Assembly (NCBI RefSeq): GCF_003918875.1
Contig: NW_025767135.1
Span: 2,232,001 to 2,296,000 of the forward strand
Direction: 5' to 3'
Length of the DNA: 64,000 nucleotides
From: Haliotis rubra
Taxonomy: Eukaryota
Each line of letters begins with the position of its first letter. Position 1 is the first letter of the stretch. The notes beneath the pieces were generated by a model, which saw only the letters and a list, made by a program, of their open reading frames with translations, did not search any database and was not told where the DNA came from. Positions 39,281-51,457 of the stretch are shown one piece after another. The translations under genes and the position numbers were made by a program.

Positions 39281-39522
39281 TACCCGTGAAGGTCAGGGTT
39301 ACAATGTGCCTTCAGTAACCCATGCTTGTCGTAAGAAGCGACTAACAGGATCGGGTGGTCAGACTCGCTGACTTGGTTGACATATGTCATCGGTTCTCAG
39401 TTGCGCAGATCGATGATCATGCTGTTGATCACTGGATTGTCTGGTCCAGACTCGATTATTTACAGACCGCCGCCATATAGCTGGAATATTGCTGAGTGCG
39501 GCGTAAACTAAAACTCACTCAC
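39281..39522 (+). mobile_element. SINE family B, full length with 12-bp TSD
   Basis: TSD TAATAATCATTT at 39269-39280 and 39523-39534; starts TACCCGTGAAGG. Confidence 0.95.
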
Positions 39523-40929
39523 TAATAATCATTTCTTATTGGTGTCATCTCTAGCCACCATTAAATACATGTAAGTCTGGGCAACATGTTATATACATAA
39601 ACAAATTTTATAAACGTTTCCTTATTAATCTAACAATTATAACAAGTTTTGAATTAAACAGAACAATGTAAACAGTCGGTTCTATTCACATATTTGCAAC
39701 ATCACAGATAAAGATATTTAATTTTTTTCTGAATTATATTAGTATCGAGCAATCATAAAAATAAAATAAAATTTCTCAATCACTCTTAACCACAATTTCC
39801 AATTTAGGAGATGTCCAAGTGATGTCACAGAGTTCATCTTTATGCCAAGGACTTTTATCATCCTATTCGTCATCCAATTCTAATAAGATTTTCAATTTTG
39901 TAAAAGAATTATGAAGAATTCCAATCCCCGTATGTACTATCACGGCCTAAAGTGTCTATTCTTTATGCTAAGTGTATTTGTGCGACAACGCTTGATATAG
40001 GTTTTATTGAAATTTTGATGGTCGCTTTGTTAAGGCCGCTACAAGCTCCCGCTTCATTTTATTACAAATTAGTGGTTTTTAATTTCTCCGAAGCATGACT
40101 TTTAGAGATGAACCAAAACATCTTTTTGTGTACGATATCGCAGAAAATTGAAATTAAATTAAATTTATCCCACTCTAGCGTAATATTGTGGGACATGTCC
40201 GCCATTTCCTTTCGTAAGCAGAAGCCTCTGACAGTCGTTAAGCTATAAAATGTAATATTACGTGAATTTGACTGTGTCTTTGGGTACCTCCGTGCCTCTT
40301 AAAGACAATATTCCTTGCTTTATGGACCCAAACATATGCCCAAATCACAATCAATCCACAAAAAAGTCGTTAATTTTTAAAATTTTCATGACGGCGGGCG
40401 GCGGTGTGAGTGTTTGTCTGGCGGCCCACAAGGTGAGCGACTGTCGACCGTGACTGATACACGGGCAACCCACTAACTGCCAACTTATTGTAGCCTTACG
40501 CCTTGATATCACTCCGCGGGGACAATAAAGGCCATTTGAAATAGTTAAAGTGTGTACAAATAATAGTCGTATGAAATGCTTCGGGGAGGGTTCTCTATCC
40601 CGGCGGAAACAAACACATCACGCCATTACAATGGCTGAACACTGACGACTGATTTGTTGACATGTATAGAGTACTGTCGGGAAATATGGAAAATCGGTTT
40701 TATAACGCTGTGGCGATCTACCAAACCAAAGTTCCTGAAGGGCGCTTTATGGTAATTAGATATTCGGAAAAAATGACAGGATTGACTGTTTGAAGGCTTG
40801 AGTTTCCGCTGAAAGAATGTTTGTATGATGTCATGTTTTCGGGTTATGTGGTGTGTGGAAATTACAGTAAAACCAAATCCGTCACCGGTGAGTGAATGTT
40901 GTTTTACGCCGCGTCCATGGCTATATGTG

Positions 40930-41090
40930 AATGAGTGAGTGAGTGGGTGACGCTTTTAGCAATATTCCAGCAATATCACGGCAGGGGACACCAGAAATGG
41001 GCTTCACTCATTGTACCAATATGGGGAATCGAACTCGGATCCTTGGCGTGACGAGCGAACGCTGTAACCACTAGGCTACCCCACCTCCCA
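40930..41090 (-). mobile_element. SINE family A
   Basis: Alignment to the other copies. Confidence 0.88.
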
Positions 41091-41167
41091 TCTAGAGTAG
41101 AGGAAAAGCAACACGGTGGTAGCTGTAATGGAGTGAGAAAAGGTACATGCACGTTAATAATGTAATG

Positions 41168-41302
41168 TCCTGTGAAGATCCGGGTTAGAATTGATCTTCA
41201 GTAACCCATGCTTGTCGTAAGAGGCGACTAACGGGATCGGGTGGTCAGGCTAGCTGACTTGGTTGACACATGTCATGATATCCCAATTGCGTTGATCGAT
41301 GC
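41168..41302 (+). mobile_element. SINE family B, 3' part lost
   Basis: CCTGTGAAGATCCGGGTTAGAATTGATCTTCAGTAACCC... Confidence 0.88.
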
Positions 41303-41745
41303 TTTGACAGCAATGTCAGTACCATATCATAGTCATATTACAGCAATATAACAGTTATTTCACAGTTATATACTTTCGTACATAAAAAGTACACACCTGA
41401 TGTTCTGGGACTATTCCCAAAACAAACATAAATATTTGCTAGCAGTGTTGTAATTGGATACGATATCTGTGGTGTAGTGGAAACACTTGCACAGTGTTTG
41501 TGACAAGGCAGAATCAAAACACGTTTTAAATATTAATGCTGTTTTTAAGAAAATATTTTACCAAAGAATCAAGGCCTAGAATTTCCAAGCTCTCTTAGCT
41601 CTAAGATAGTCGTAAGTGCCATACATTAACATTAGTTTATAAAAGTTTTATCAGGCCCAGGTGTACTTTCTTTTGAACAGTTTATAAAAATTTATCACAG
41701 TAAAGTCACAGCAATGCCACAGGAAAGTCACAGCAAACGCAAACC

Positions 41746-41781
<36 letters not shown>

Positions 41782-42926
41782 CGAAAGTAACAACGACAAT
41801 ACCAAAAACAACAACAATATATAACCCCCAAGAAAATATACAAAATAATGCAAAACAATAACAAACAAATTAGCAGATAGTCCTGGTGTATAATTATAGA
41901 AATATATCCAAACGTTTTTCTTTCCTCCAGTCATCAGCTGACAAAATTGTACTACTCAAGTCAAGGGGTCAAGGGGGCATAAAACAACACTCAACTTGAA
42001 ATGAACAGCAGAGATGAAGCTCAAAACCAGATACGATTTTAACAATTTATTATTATCACAAACTATTAAAACCGCATTTTGTCCCATCTTAAGCCAATGA
42101 CGCGTTTTTGATGTGTCTAAACACGTGGCTTTAATCTAGTCGAGCAGTTTCACACAGCCGAACCAACAACTTTCTCCACGACGCGTGCGTGCCCTCGAGT
42201 GCGGAAGGAGATCTATTTCTCACCTAATGTTTCAGACTATTTCATATTTCAGAGGCGACATCCCGATACAAGAAATGATAGCCCCAAGTAGATAACTGTA
42301 AACAACTGTAATTCACAAAAAGTCATTTGAAGACAAAAAAAACACTCGAAAATGGAAAAGATTATCTTCGGCTTGTATCGAGTTATGCCCCTTGCTATAG
42401 AGATTCATCACTCTCTGTGTTAAAATAATACGTACTTACATAGGCTCTCTCATATACCAACCGTTGCGTATCGTCAGAGTATATTGCTGCATATATTAAT
42501 GAAACGTGAAATTGAAAAAAACCTCCCGCAGATGATTTGCGAGAGTACTACATCCGCATGAACATACGTAGCCACTTACTGGGTGCTGTCTGAAATGTGT
42601 AGCTTCAGAATATCCACTACGTATAATGAGCTTTAGCCCGAGAAGCCCCAGTCTATAGATGAAGAAGCCCGATACGTTCCGGATGCAGCATGCGGGTGCA
42701 GATGTTTGGGGGAACTGTCAACATCGTTGGTCCTTATTTTGGGGTCGAGAAGAAGCCTATAATCTTTTACTTCCTTGTTGATGAAGGGACTCGTGATATT
42801 TAACAGCACAATCTCCAATAAATAAGAACGCAGGTGTAATCATGTGTGGTATGCCAATATGATGATAAGTGAATAAATGAAATACAACTTTTTATCTCGA
42901 TGAAAGCATGGTTTCCAGCGTGAATG

Positions 42927-44890
42927 TGTGACAAAATAACACCCAAATAATCATGGCCCACTTGTGACCAAACAACACCTCGATGATCATAACACATACC
43001 TGTGATAAACATGGCAAAAAATACCACCTCGATGATCATGGCACAACTGTGACAAAATAACACATCGATGATCATGGCACACCTGTGACAAAATAACACC
43101 TCGATGATCATGGCACACCTGTGACAAAAATAACACCTCGATGATCATAACACACCTGTGACAAAATAACACCTCGACGATAATGACACACATCTGTGAC
43201 AAAATAACACCTTGATGATCATAAGACACACCTGTGACCAAATAACACATCGATCATAAAACACATATGTGATAAAATAACACCTCGATGATCATAACAC
43301 ACACCTGTGAACAAAAAACACCTCGATGATAATAACACACATCTGTGACTAAATAACACCTCGATGATCATAACACACCTGTGACCAAATAAACACCTCG
43401 ATGATCATAACACAAATATGTGACAAAATAACACCTCGATGATCATGGCACACATCTGTGACAAAATAACACCTCGATGATCATTACACACACCTGTGAC
43501 CAAATAACACCTCGATGATCATAACACACATCTGTGACTAAATAACACCTCGATGATCATAACTCACATCTGTGACCAAATAACACCTCGATGATCATAA
43601 CACACATCTGTGACCAAATAAACACCTCGATGATCATTAACTGACGCCTGTGACAAAATAACACCTCCACCATCATAACACACATCTGTGACAAAATAAC
43701 ACCTTGATAATCATAACATACATCTGTGACCAAATAAACACCTCGATGATCATAACACATATCTGTGACCAAATAACACATCGATCATAAAACACATATG
43801 TGATAAAATAACACCTCGATGATCATAACACACACCTGTGACCAAATAACACCTCGATGATAATAACACACATCTGTGACCAAATAACACATCGATGATC
43901 ATAACACACATCTGTGACCAAATAACACCTCGATGATCATAACACACATCTGTGACCAAATAAACACCTCGATGATCATAACACACATCTGTGACCAAAT
44001 AACACCTCGATGATCATAACACACATCTGTGACCAAATAAACACCTCGATGATCATAACACATAATCTGTGACCAAATAAACACCTCGATGATCATAACA
44101 CACATCTGTGACCAAATAACACCTCGATGATCATAACACACATCTGTGACCAAATAAACACCTCGATGATCATAACACACATCTGTGACAAAATAACACC
44201 TCGATGATCATAACACACATCTGTGACCAAATAACACCTCGATGATCATAACACACATCTGTGACCAAATAACACCTCGATGATCATAACACACATCTGT
44301 GACCAAATAACACCTCGATGATCATAACTGACGCCTGTGACAAAATAACACCTCGATGATCATAACACACACCTGTGACAAATCTGTGACCAAATAACAC
44401 CTCGATGATCATAACACACATCTGTGACCAAATAACACCTCGATGATCATAACACACATCTGTGACCAAATAACACCTCGATGATCATAACACACATCTG
44501 TGACCAAATAAACACCTCGATGATCATAACACACATCTGTGACCAAATAAACACCTCGATGATCATAACACACATCTGTGACCAAATAAACACCTCGATG
44601 ATCATAACACACATCTGTGACCAAATAAAACCTCGATGATCATAACACACATCTGTGACCAAATAAACACCTCGATGATCATTAGCTGACGCCTGTGAAA
44701 AAATAACACCTCCACCATCATAACACACATGTGACAAAATAACACCTCCACCATCATAAGACACATCTGTGACAAAATAACACCTCCACCATCATAACAC
44801 ACATCTGTGACAAAATAACACCTCCACCATCATAACACACATCTGTGACCAAAAAACACCTCGATGATCACGACATATATCTGTGATAAA
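42927..44890. repeat. Tandem minisatellite, ~38-bp unit, ~50 copies
   Basis: TGTGACCAAATAACACCTCGATGATCATAACACACATC. Confidence 0.97.
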
Positions 44891-44911
44891 ATCGCACCTA
44901 GATGATCAAAT

Positions 44912-45153
44912 GATTTGTTTGAGTGGCATTCTAGAAGTTGGTGGTATAGAGATGACACAACTTTATGGATGATCAACTTCTTCATTATAATAATGGCGAC
45001 GTTTCGGTATAGATTCTTATACCTTTTTCAAGCACGGTTTAAGAATCTATACCGAAACGTCATATATGTACTTGAAAATGGTATAAGAATCTATACCGAA
45101 ACGCCGCCATTGTTAAAATAAAGAAGTTGATCATCCACAAAGTGTTGTCATCT
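44912..45153. mobile_element. Penelope-like inverted pLTR remnant with minimal hammerhead-like motifs, 14-bp TSD
   Basis: TSD CTAGATGATCAAAT at 44898-44911 and 45154-45167; ~88-bp inverted arms; TTGAAAA-N-GGTATA/TATACC-GAAAC-GYC; AATAAA follows on the plus arm. Confidence 0.75.
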
Positions 45154-47119
45154 CTAGATGATCAAATTAACCCATACAAGACTTTACCACAAAGCTACGA
45201 CAAACCAACACCTAACTGGTCTTGACACATATGTGACAAAGTAACACCATAACGGCCATGACACACTTTCCTTGACATTAACGCTATCACTACTCTGTTA
45301 CATATCTGTGACTAAATCATAACAGCGAGAACTTCTGAATATTTACCACATTTATTAAAGGACATCCAATATGACTACCTGGATAAGTAAACACAACACC
45401 TATCAGGGCGCATTCCATATCCATATCCAAGTGATCAAAGTTTATGGCTGGTCGCGCCAAGTCGCCTACAGCAATATATGAGAGAACATTACCCCTGATG
45501 AGACCTGATACAACACTGGATTAGTATTAGACGCTTGGCACAGCTGTACAGGTGAATTAACACACCATTGTACGGTAACATAATTAGATGAAACAATGGC
45601 TTGCCTGAAGGCAAGACCGGGTGACTGGAGACGCATACGCGCGCATCTTGACAGAACCACGTGTGGACAAGCGAACGAATGTATTTAATTATGTTTTAAT
45701 CGTTCATAATGCAGAACATTAAGTCAAATCCCCCTCCATCCTCTCCTAACACAATACAATACAATATAGTAAGTCTCACATTTGTGATAGCATGGTCTAG
45801 TCTAAATACAGCATTTTGAATATTAAAACATAAATGTACAAATGCCACCCAAAAGGGTTATGTGAGACTATGTTTTACAAAATACTAAATACTTTATAAA
45901 ATAAGGTAAAATGATACATTATACTATGTAGGTATAATTTAAAATATAAATATATATAATGTATATGATCTGCTAGATATGACTATAAAATATTAAATAT
46001 ATGATACGATAATACATAAAATAATTAACAGACACCTCTGACACATACACTCTCCAATAAACAAAGCAAACAAACTGTTTTTGAAACACACCTCTCTCAT
46101 GAATTCCAGTTACACTGATTCATGTACATACACAGCCATCAAAGCAACATCATTCAAGGTCTCAGTAAAGCTTTAAAATAGTTTTATAGTAAACATGTGG
46201 ATTACATTTACAAATTTAACTCAACAGATAAAATGAAGTCGGTGGTAATTCCCAATCGTGACCATATGTTCCCGTATTGTTTCAGTTAGTTGACGAGCCT
46301 TTGCATGTGTTTATGACGAATGCCGCCATTAGAACAGGGCCGTTTGGCGAACACTTGGTATAAATATTGGATAATTATTCATACTCCCATGTTCATGGTA
46401 TATTCGGTACCGTTAATCGACTTTGTTTTTTATCAGAGATTTCTTATGGATTTAGAAGAATTTTGTTCGTTTTATTCAAAAGGGTTCCATGAACCGATGC
46501 CATTTTGAAAAAATGTAACGAATTTTTCAATTAACATGTCTTATGACAGCTCGCCCAGTGCAACTCGCTACCGAATGCACGCAACTGTGGGAAGGACTCA
46601 CAGAGGACCACGGGTACTGCGCTTCATGCAAATGTTCCTGGAATAACTGCGACCCTTCACACATTTATTGCGAACAATTTAGGAATTTTAATTATGGTAT
46701 TGAGTTCCCGTTTCACTGAAGCCCCTCATGCAGGGACAGAACACACTTTCAGGAAATTGTTGTCTTTCTGAATTGATAACATGTACGCTGGACATGACGA
46801 GTGTTTGTGTTCGTAAAGACGGTACACCAGACTGTAGCAACGTGAAGTATAGTAAACTGCCGGACAAAATAAAGTGTCCACTAGAAAATTGTATTTCACC
46901 AAAAAGTTGCAAACGTTTATAGGTTGAAAACATTCGCAGACACACTATACACTTAAAGTAACAAACATGGGTATAATATTCATATCAAGTACGTCACAAT
47001 ATAATCAATTCTTTCTTATGTCATTTTAGGCACCATCAAACTTGGGTGTATAGTTTCTTTTGTCCATCAGTATTACTCTAATTTCAATCACCCCCTTACC
47101 TTTTTGGTACTGTACGTAT

Positions 47120-47532
47120 TAAGATCCGGGTTAGAATTGGTCTTTAGCATCTCATGTTTGGCGTCCATGCTTGCTGACATGTCTGTGTTTCCAAAAATGC
47201 GTAGATCAATGCTCATGTTGTTGATCACTGGATTGTCTGGTTTAGACTTTATTATTTACAGACCGCCGCCTAGCCTGTCTCACAGTCCCTGAGCCACATA
47301 ATTTTCCATACTGCCAAGCCCTATCTACAGTGCCAAAGCCCTAAATAAAGCAAGTCTAGATTTCCTCAGGTTCAGGTTCTGAATCTCTGGTCTCCCTGGG
47401 GCTCCTTTTCAATTTAAATGCACTTGTTTGTTACTAACAAAATTATATATATTCAGAGACTAAGCGTTAGTCTAACCGCCGCCATACAGCTGAAATATTT
47501 CTGAGTGTGGCATTCAACATCAAACAACCAAA
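47120..47532 (+). mobile_element. SINE family B interrupted by a DNA transposon
   Basis: AAGATCCGGGTTAGAATTGGTC...ACAGACCGCCGCC [insert] ACCGCCGCCATACAGCTG. Confidence 0.85.
47271..47474 (+). mobile_element. AcademH-like non-autonomous transposon, 9-bp TSD
   Basis: TSD ACCGCCGCC at 47262-47270 and 47475-47483; TAG..CTA ends. Confidence 0.85.
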
Positions 47533-48372
47533 ACCACCTTCAAGTACAGAACCAATATTGTCAGGGAACCTGATATTGGGCGCGACGAGTCGATGCTGAC
47601 ATGTAACGAGGACAGGTATTCAAAATAAAGTAAGATCAACTTTGGTGATAATTTATACTACCTTTTTCCAAAATAGGCTTGAAAATTGTTCATTATTGGC
47701 GGTTTAGAGATTAATTTATGGGTGAAAGAGTAAAAAAAAATGTTTAGAATTTAAAGCGGTATTAAATTCAGTTGATAATTGTATTGTCTCATACATACCC
47801 TGAAACAATATGCAAGAAAGCCCACGCAAGTCTGGAATGTGTGGCAGGTCTAGATTTCCACAGTTTCAGGAAGATGAACAAAGTCTCTGGGTTCCTTTTT
47901 AATTATATGATTATGATCTATGAACAGTTATGTTCATTGAAGACAATAGATGTTAGTCTGATTTTATGCCAGTGGTCTTGGTCAGAAATATAGCTTTGAA
48001 CATTTGATACTTCTTTCCGTAGATCATATGGTATTCGTACAATGGCAATTATAATTGTCAAAGACGTAATTGATTTTGAGTTCCTGACAGTGACAAGACA
48101 AGATGATGAACACCTGATATAATCCACGACAGAGTCGTGTATGGTCGCCTTCAGTTGTGTGTCCGGTATAATGTTGACAGCTTAGGGATCATAATGTCTG
48201 ATTCGAACCACAATGAGCAGCAGATCCTGGTAAGTAATGGACTCAACTCTTTAGAGGAGACGGCGCATTAGACAACAAGGTTAATAAACATCATGTTATT
48301 TGTGAACTGTTTATGTAGAGAAGGTCGTGCTTACGCTTATAGTGAACACCTGGTATCATCACAGAGTTGCAG

Positions 48373-48533
48373 GGGCGGTGGGGTAGCCTAGTGGTTAAAG
48401 CGTTCGCTCGTCACGCCGAAGACCCAGGTTCGAATCCCCACATGGGCAAAATGTGTGAAGCCCATTTCTGGTGTCCCCCGCCGTGTTATTGCTGGAATAT
48501 TGCTAAAAGCGGCGTAAAACCATATTCACTCAC
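48373..48533 (+). mobile_element. SINE family A with 14-bp TSD
   Basis: TSD TCACAGAGTTGCAG. Confidence 0.95.
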
Positions 48534-50172
48534 TCACAGAGTTGCAGCGTTTCATTCATGTAATGTTTACTGTTATTTTACCTTTTTACGCCTAACTGAA
48601 TCCTGTTGCTCCAATAATCGAGACTGGTTATTCTCTGGCGTTGACGTTGTACATACATTGTTTTCATGACCTGTTTTTATAGAGGGGAATCTATGTTGTT
48701 ATAGAGGGGAATATATGGATGTCAACCTCTGCAATCGGAGGAACAACACGCTTTGGACGATATCCCTACTCCTTCAGGTTATGTTGTTCTAAGTTGTAAA
48801 ACGAGCCTCTTTCATTGGCACCAACCGTGTTCCCCGTTTCCCATCACAGTCTGAGGACAAAATAAGATAATGATAAATAAATTACAAATATATTTCTTTA
48901 TTCGTACTTAAGGTCCAGAAGGAAGGAAGTAGAATTCGTTTAGCGACTGAGTAGTGATTTTAACAATACGACACTTATTACAAAAGCTGAAAGTAAACAT
49001 GCGATAACGTTAACACAATCGATTTTAGGAAGTGGACTATTTTTTACGCGAGATCAATCGCAGTCCCGGAATAAGCACCTGTGGTTGGTATCAGTATTAT
49101 TCGTTTGGAGGTCTGGAGTTCCTGAAGAAATATCAGTTATAATGGGAATTCTTTATAAATTACATAGCACAGCTGCCATAATTGGCAGGAGGTCGTTCTG
49201 TTGGTTTCTAGAGGAAGGGTTATTGGCCCGGAATAACATCTACAAGGATTACAATGTATCGAGCATCTGTTTGCAAATTTACACCTGTCCCAACGTAAAT
49301 GACACCATGACTAGATTAATAACAACAATGCTTTATAAGCAGCACGTGCTGCCAAGTCAATATTAGAGATACTATTGTACTAATGACATATAATACGCTG
49401 GGCAAGAGAGCGGCGTTACACGACTGGCGTCCGTTCTGTTGGCTAGCCAGGTAATAGAGATTATAGATTTCTCGTCCACGCGTCCATACCAATTTTATTG
49501 CAGAGAAAACATTTGCCTAACGACTTCTAATATCCCGTGTGCTAATTTAGCGTGCATTACGTAGCAGTGTCCGATGACAAATTTTCTCCATCTTTCCTGA
49601 CATCAATAACATTGGACAAAGAGGGCGATTGGAATGATCATTATCTGTCGACAAAACCAGGTTCTGGCATAGTATCTGTTTGACGATATCTGCGTTATTA
49701 GAAATGTGGTCTTACAATCAAAATGATTACTAATTGATGCTAGCTGTATACTGGAGTGAAGTTGGCTTGGATTTCTCCAGGAAAAATATCTGCATGTGTT
49801 CATCCCTCCGTTCAGCTGGGATGCTGAGATCCAAGCTGTTACATACAGATTACTTAATGACCGTAATATGAGCTGGCGTTCTGTCGCTCTTGAGTACTCC
49901 CTGTATGATATTAAAAAATGTATTATCTAGGCATTGGATTAGAAAATGAGATGATTGACAATTTTTATTGGTTGGTATGATATACCATAACTTGATACTG
50001 GTAGGTTTCCTGCAGTGGGATTGGGGTTGAGGGGTTTGGGATTGGGGGGTTGAGGGGTTGAGGGGATTGGGTGGTGTAGTAGTGGGTGAAGTAAAGGATT
50101 AACCTTGCCATGACGGGGGTTCAAGTACCGTAAAACTATTGTCCCTTTAGAAAGGTACGTAAGACTAATTCT

Positions 50173-50331
50173 AAACTAATGCTTTGATAGTACCAAATAA
50201 CCCCATTTAAATTGAAAAAGAGTCCCAGTGAGGTGGGAGATTCTAAACTTGCTTCATTTAGAGCTTTAGCATCGCAGGGAGGGCTAGGCAGAAGGGAAAT
50301 TAATGTGGTTCAGGGACTGTGAGACAGACTT
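50173..50331 (-). mobile_element. AcademH-like element, reverse copy
   Basis: Reverse complement of GTCTGTCTCACAGTCCCTGAACCACATT...TTTTCAATTTAAATGGG. Confidence 0.7.
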
Positions 50332-50544
50332 CATTTAAAGTATATTCTTACATACCTGCATTTTAACTGTGGAAAATTTGTATGATTTTAATCATCAGTA
50401 ACTTAGGAGAAGGTATAAATCGTGCTATGGAACCATGAAGCAGCAGAGGCACCCTAGCAAGGTGACCTTGTCTTTTTTGTTGGCGATCTATGGCCCCATT
50501 CTTACTTTTGCACTGTAAACTAATAATCAGATATTTTATCTTTC

Positions 50545-50692
50545 TACAACTAGTTTTAAAACATTTTGTGATATATTGATGGTTATTTTACTGTCCTTTG
50601 ATGGCAGTGTTTAAGGTATAGTAACTGCAATTCGTTCCAGTCACAATAATATTATGGCTGAAATATTGACTTTAAGTTTTAACTCACTCACT
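50545..50692 (+). mobile_element. Probable LINE 3' UTR stub
   Basis: CTAGTTTTAAA..TTGTGAT..TTTTACTGTCCTTYGATGGCAG..GAAATATTG..AACTCACTCAC shared with 36120-36300. Confidence 0.55.
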
Positions 50693-50867
50693 TGCCATGT
50701 GGTTATGACGGGTGTCGCATGGGGCAGGATCCGCTCACCTTCCCGCGGACACCTTGCACAATCAATATGTATGGTGACTTATGAAAAAAACATCAGTAAT
50801 AAAAATCCACCTCTTTACATGCTGCACTTTGGTGTTGCACAATGCAGCAACAGGAAGGAAGTGCATT

Positions 50868-51277
50868 AGCCTCGCCACCCTGACCACCCTGACCACGTGC
50901 ACCCGATCCCGTTAGTCGCCTCTTACGACAGTCCGGGTTCCTGAAGGTTAAAATTAGCTCTCACATCAAAGCAGACTTCTATGGCCACTTAATTGGNNNN
51001 NNNNNNNNNNNNNNNNNNNNNNNNNNNNNNNNNNNNNNNNNNNNNNNNNNNNNNNNNNNNNNNNNNNNNNNNNNNNNNNNNNNNNNNNNNNNNNNNNNNN
51101 NNNNNNNNNNNNNNNNNNNNNNNNNNNNNNNNNNNNNNNNNNNNNNNNNNNNNNNNNNNNNNNNNNNNNNNNNNNNNNNNNNNNNNNNNNNNNNNNNNNN
51201 NNNNNNNNNNNNNNNNNNTCGCACATCAATGCAGACTTATATGGCCACTTAATTGGGAACTAACCCGTATCTACAAG
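50868..51277 (-). mobile_element. Composite family-B SINE with the repeated module and an N gap (50997-51218) in its 5' loop
   Basis: Minus strand: AGATACGGGTTAG-[module, gap, module]-AATTTTAACCTTCAGGAACCC..GTCGTAAGAGGCGACTAACGGG. Confidence 0.75.
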
Positions 51278-51294
51278 AGGCAGTACTATTCAGA

Positions 51295-51457
51295 AGTGAG
51301 TAAGTTAAATTTAGTTCTACGCCGCCTTTAGCAATATTACAGCAATATAACGGCGGGGAACACCAGAAATGGGTTTCAAATTCCATGTGGGGAATCGAAC
51401 TCGGGTCTTCGGCGTTACGAATCAACGCTTTAGCAACTGGGCTACCCCACCGCCCCC
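51295..51457 (-). mobile_element. SINE family A
   Basis: Alignment to the other copies. Confidence 0.88.

Noticed and set aside
41572-41662. Possible Harbinger-like MITE remnants (also ~12015-12100, 28830-28940)
   Set aside because: TIRs and TSDs are too degraded to define boundaries.
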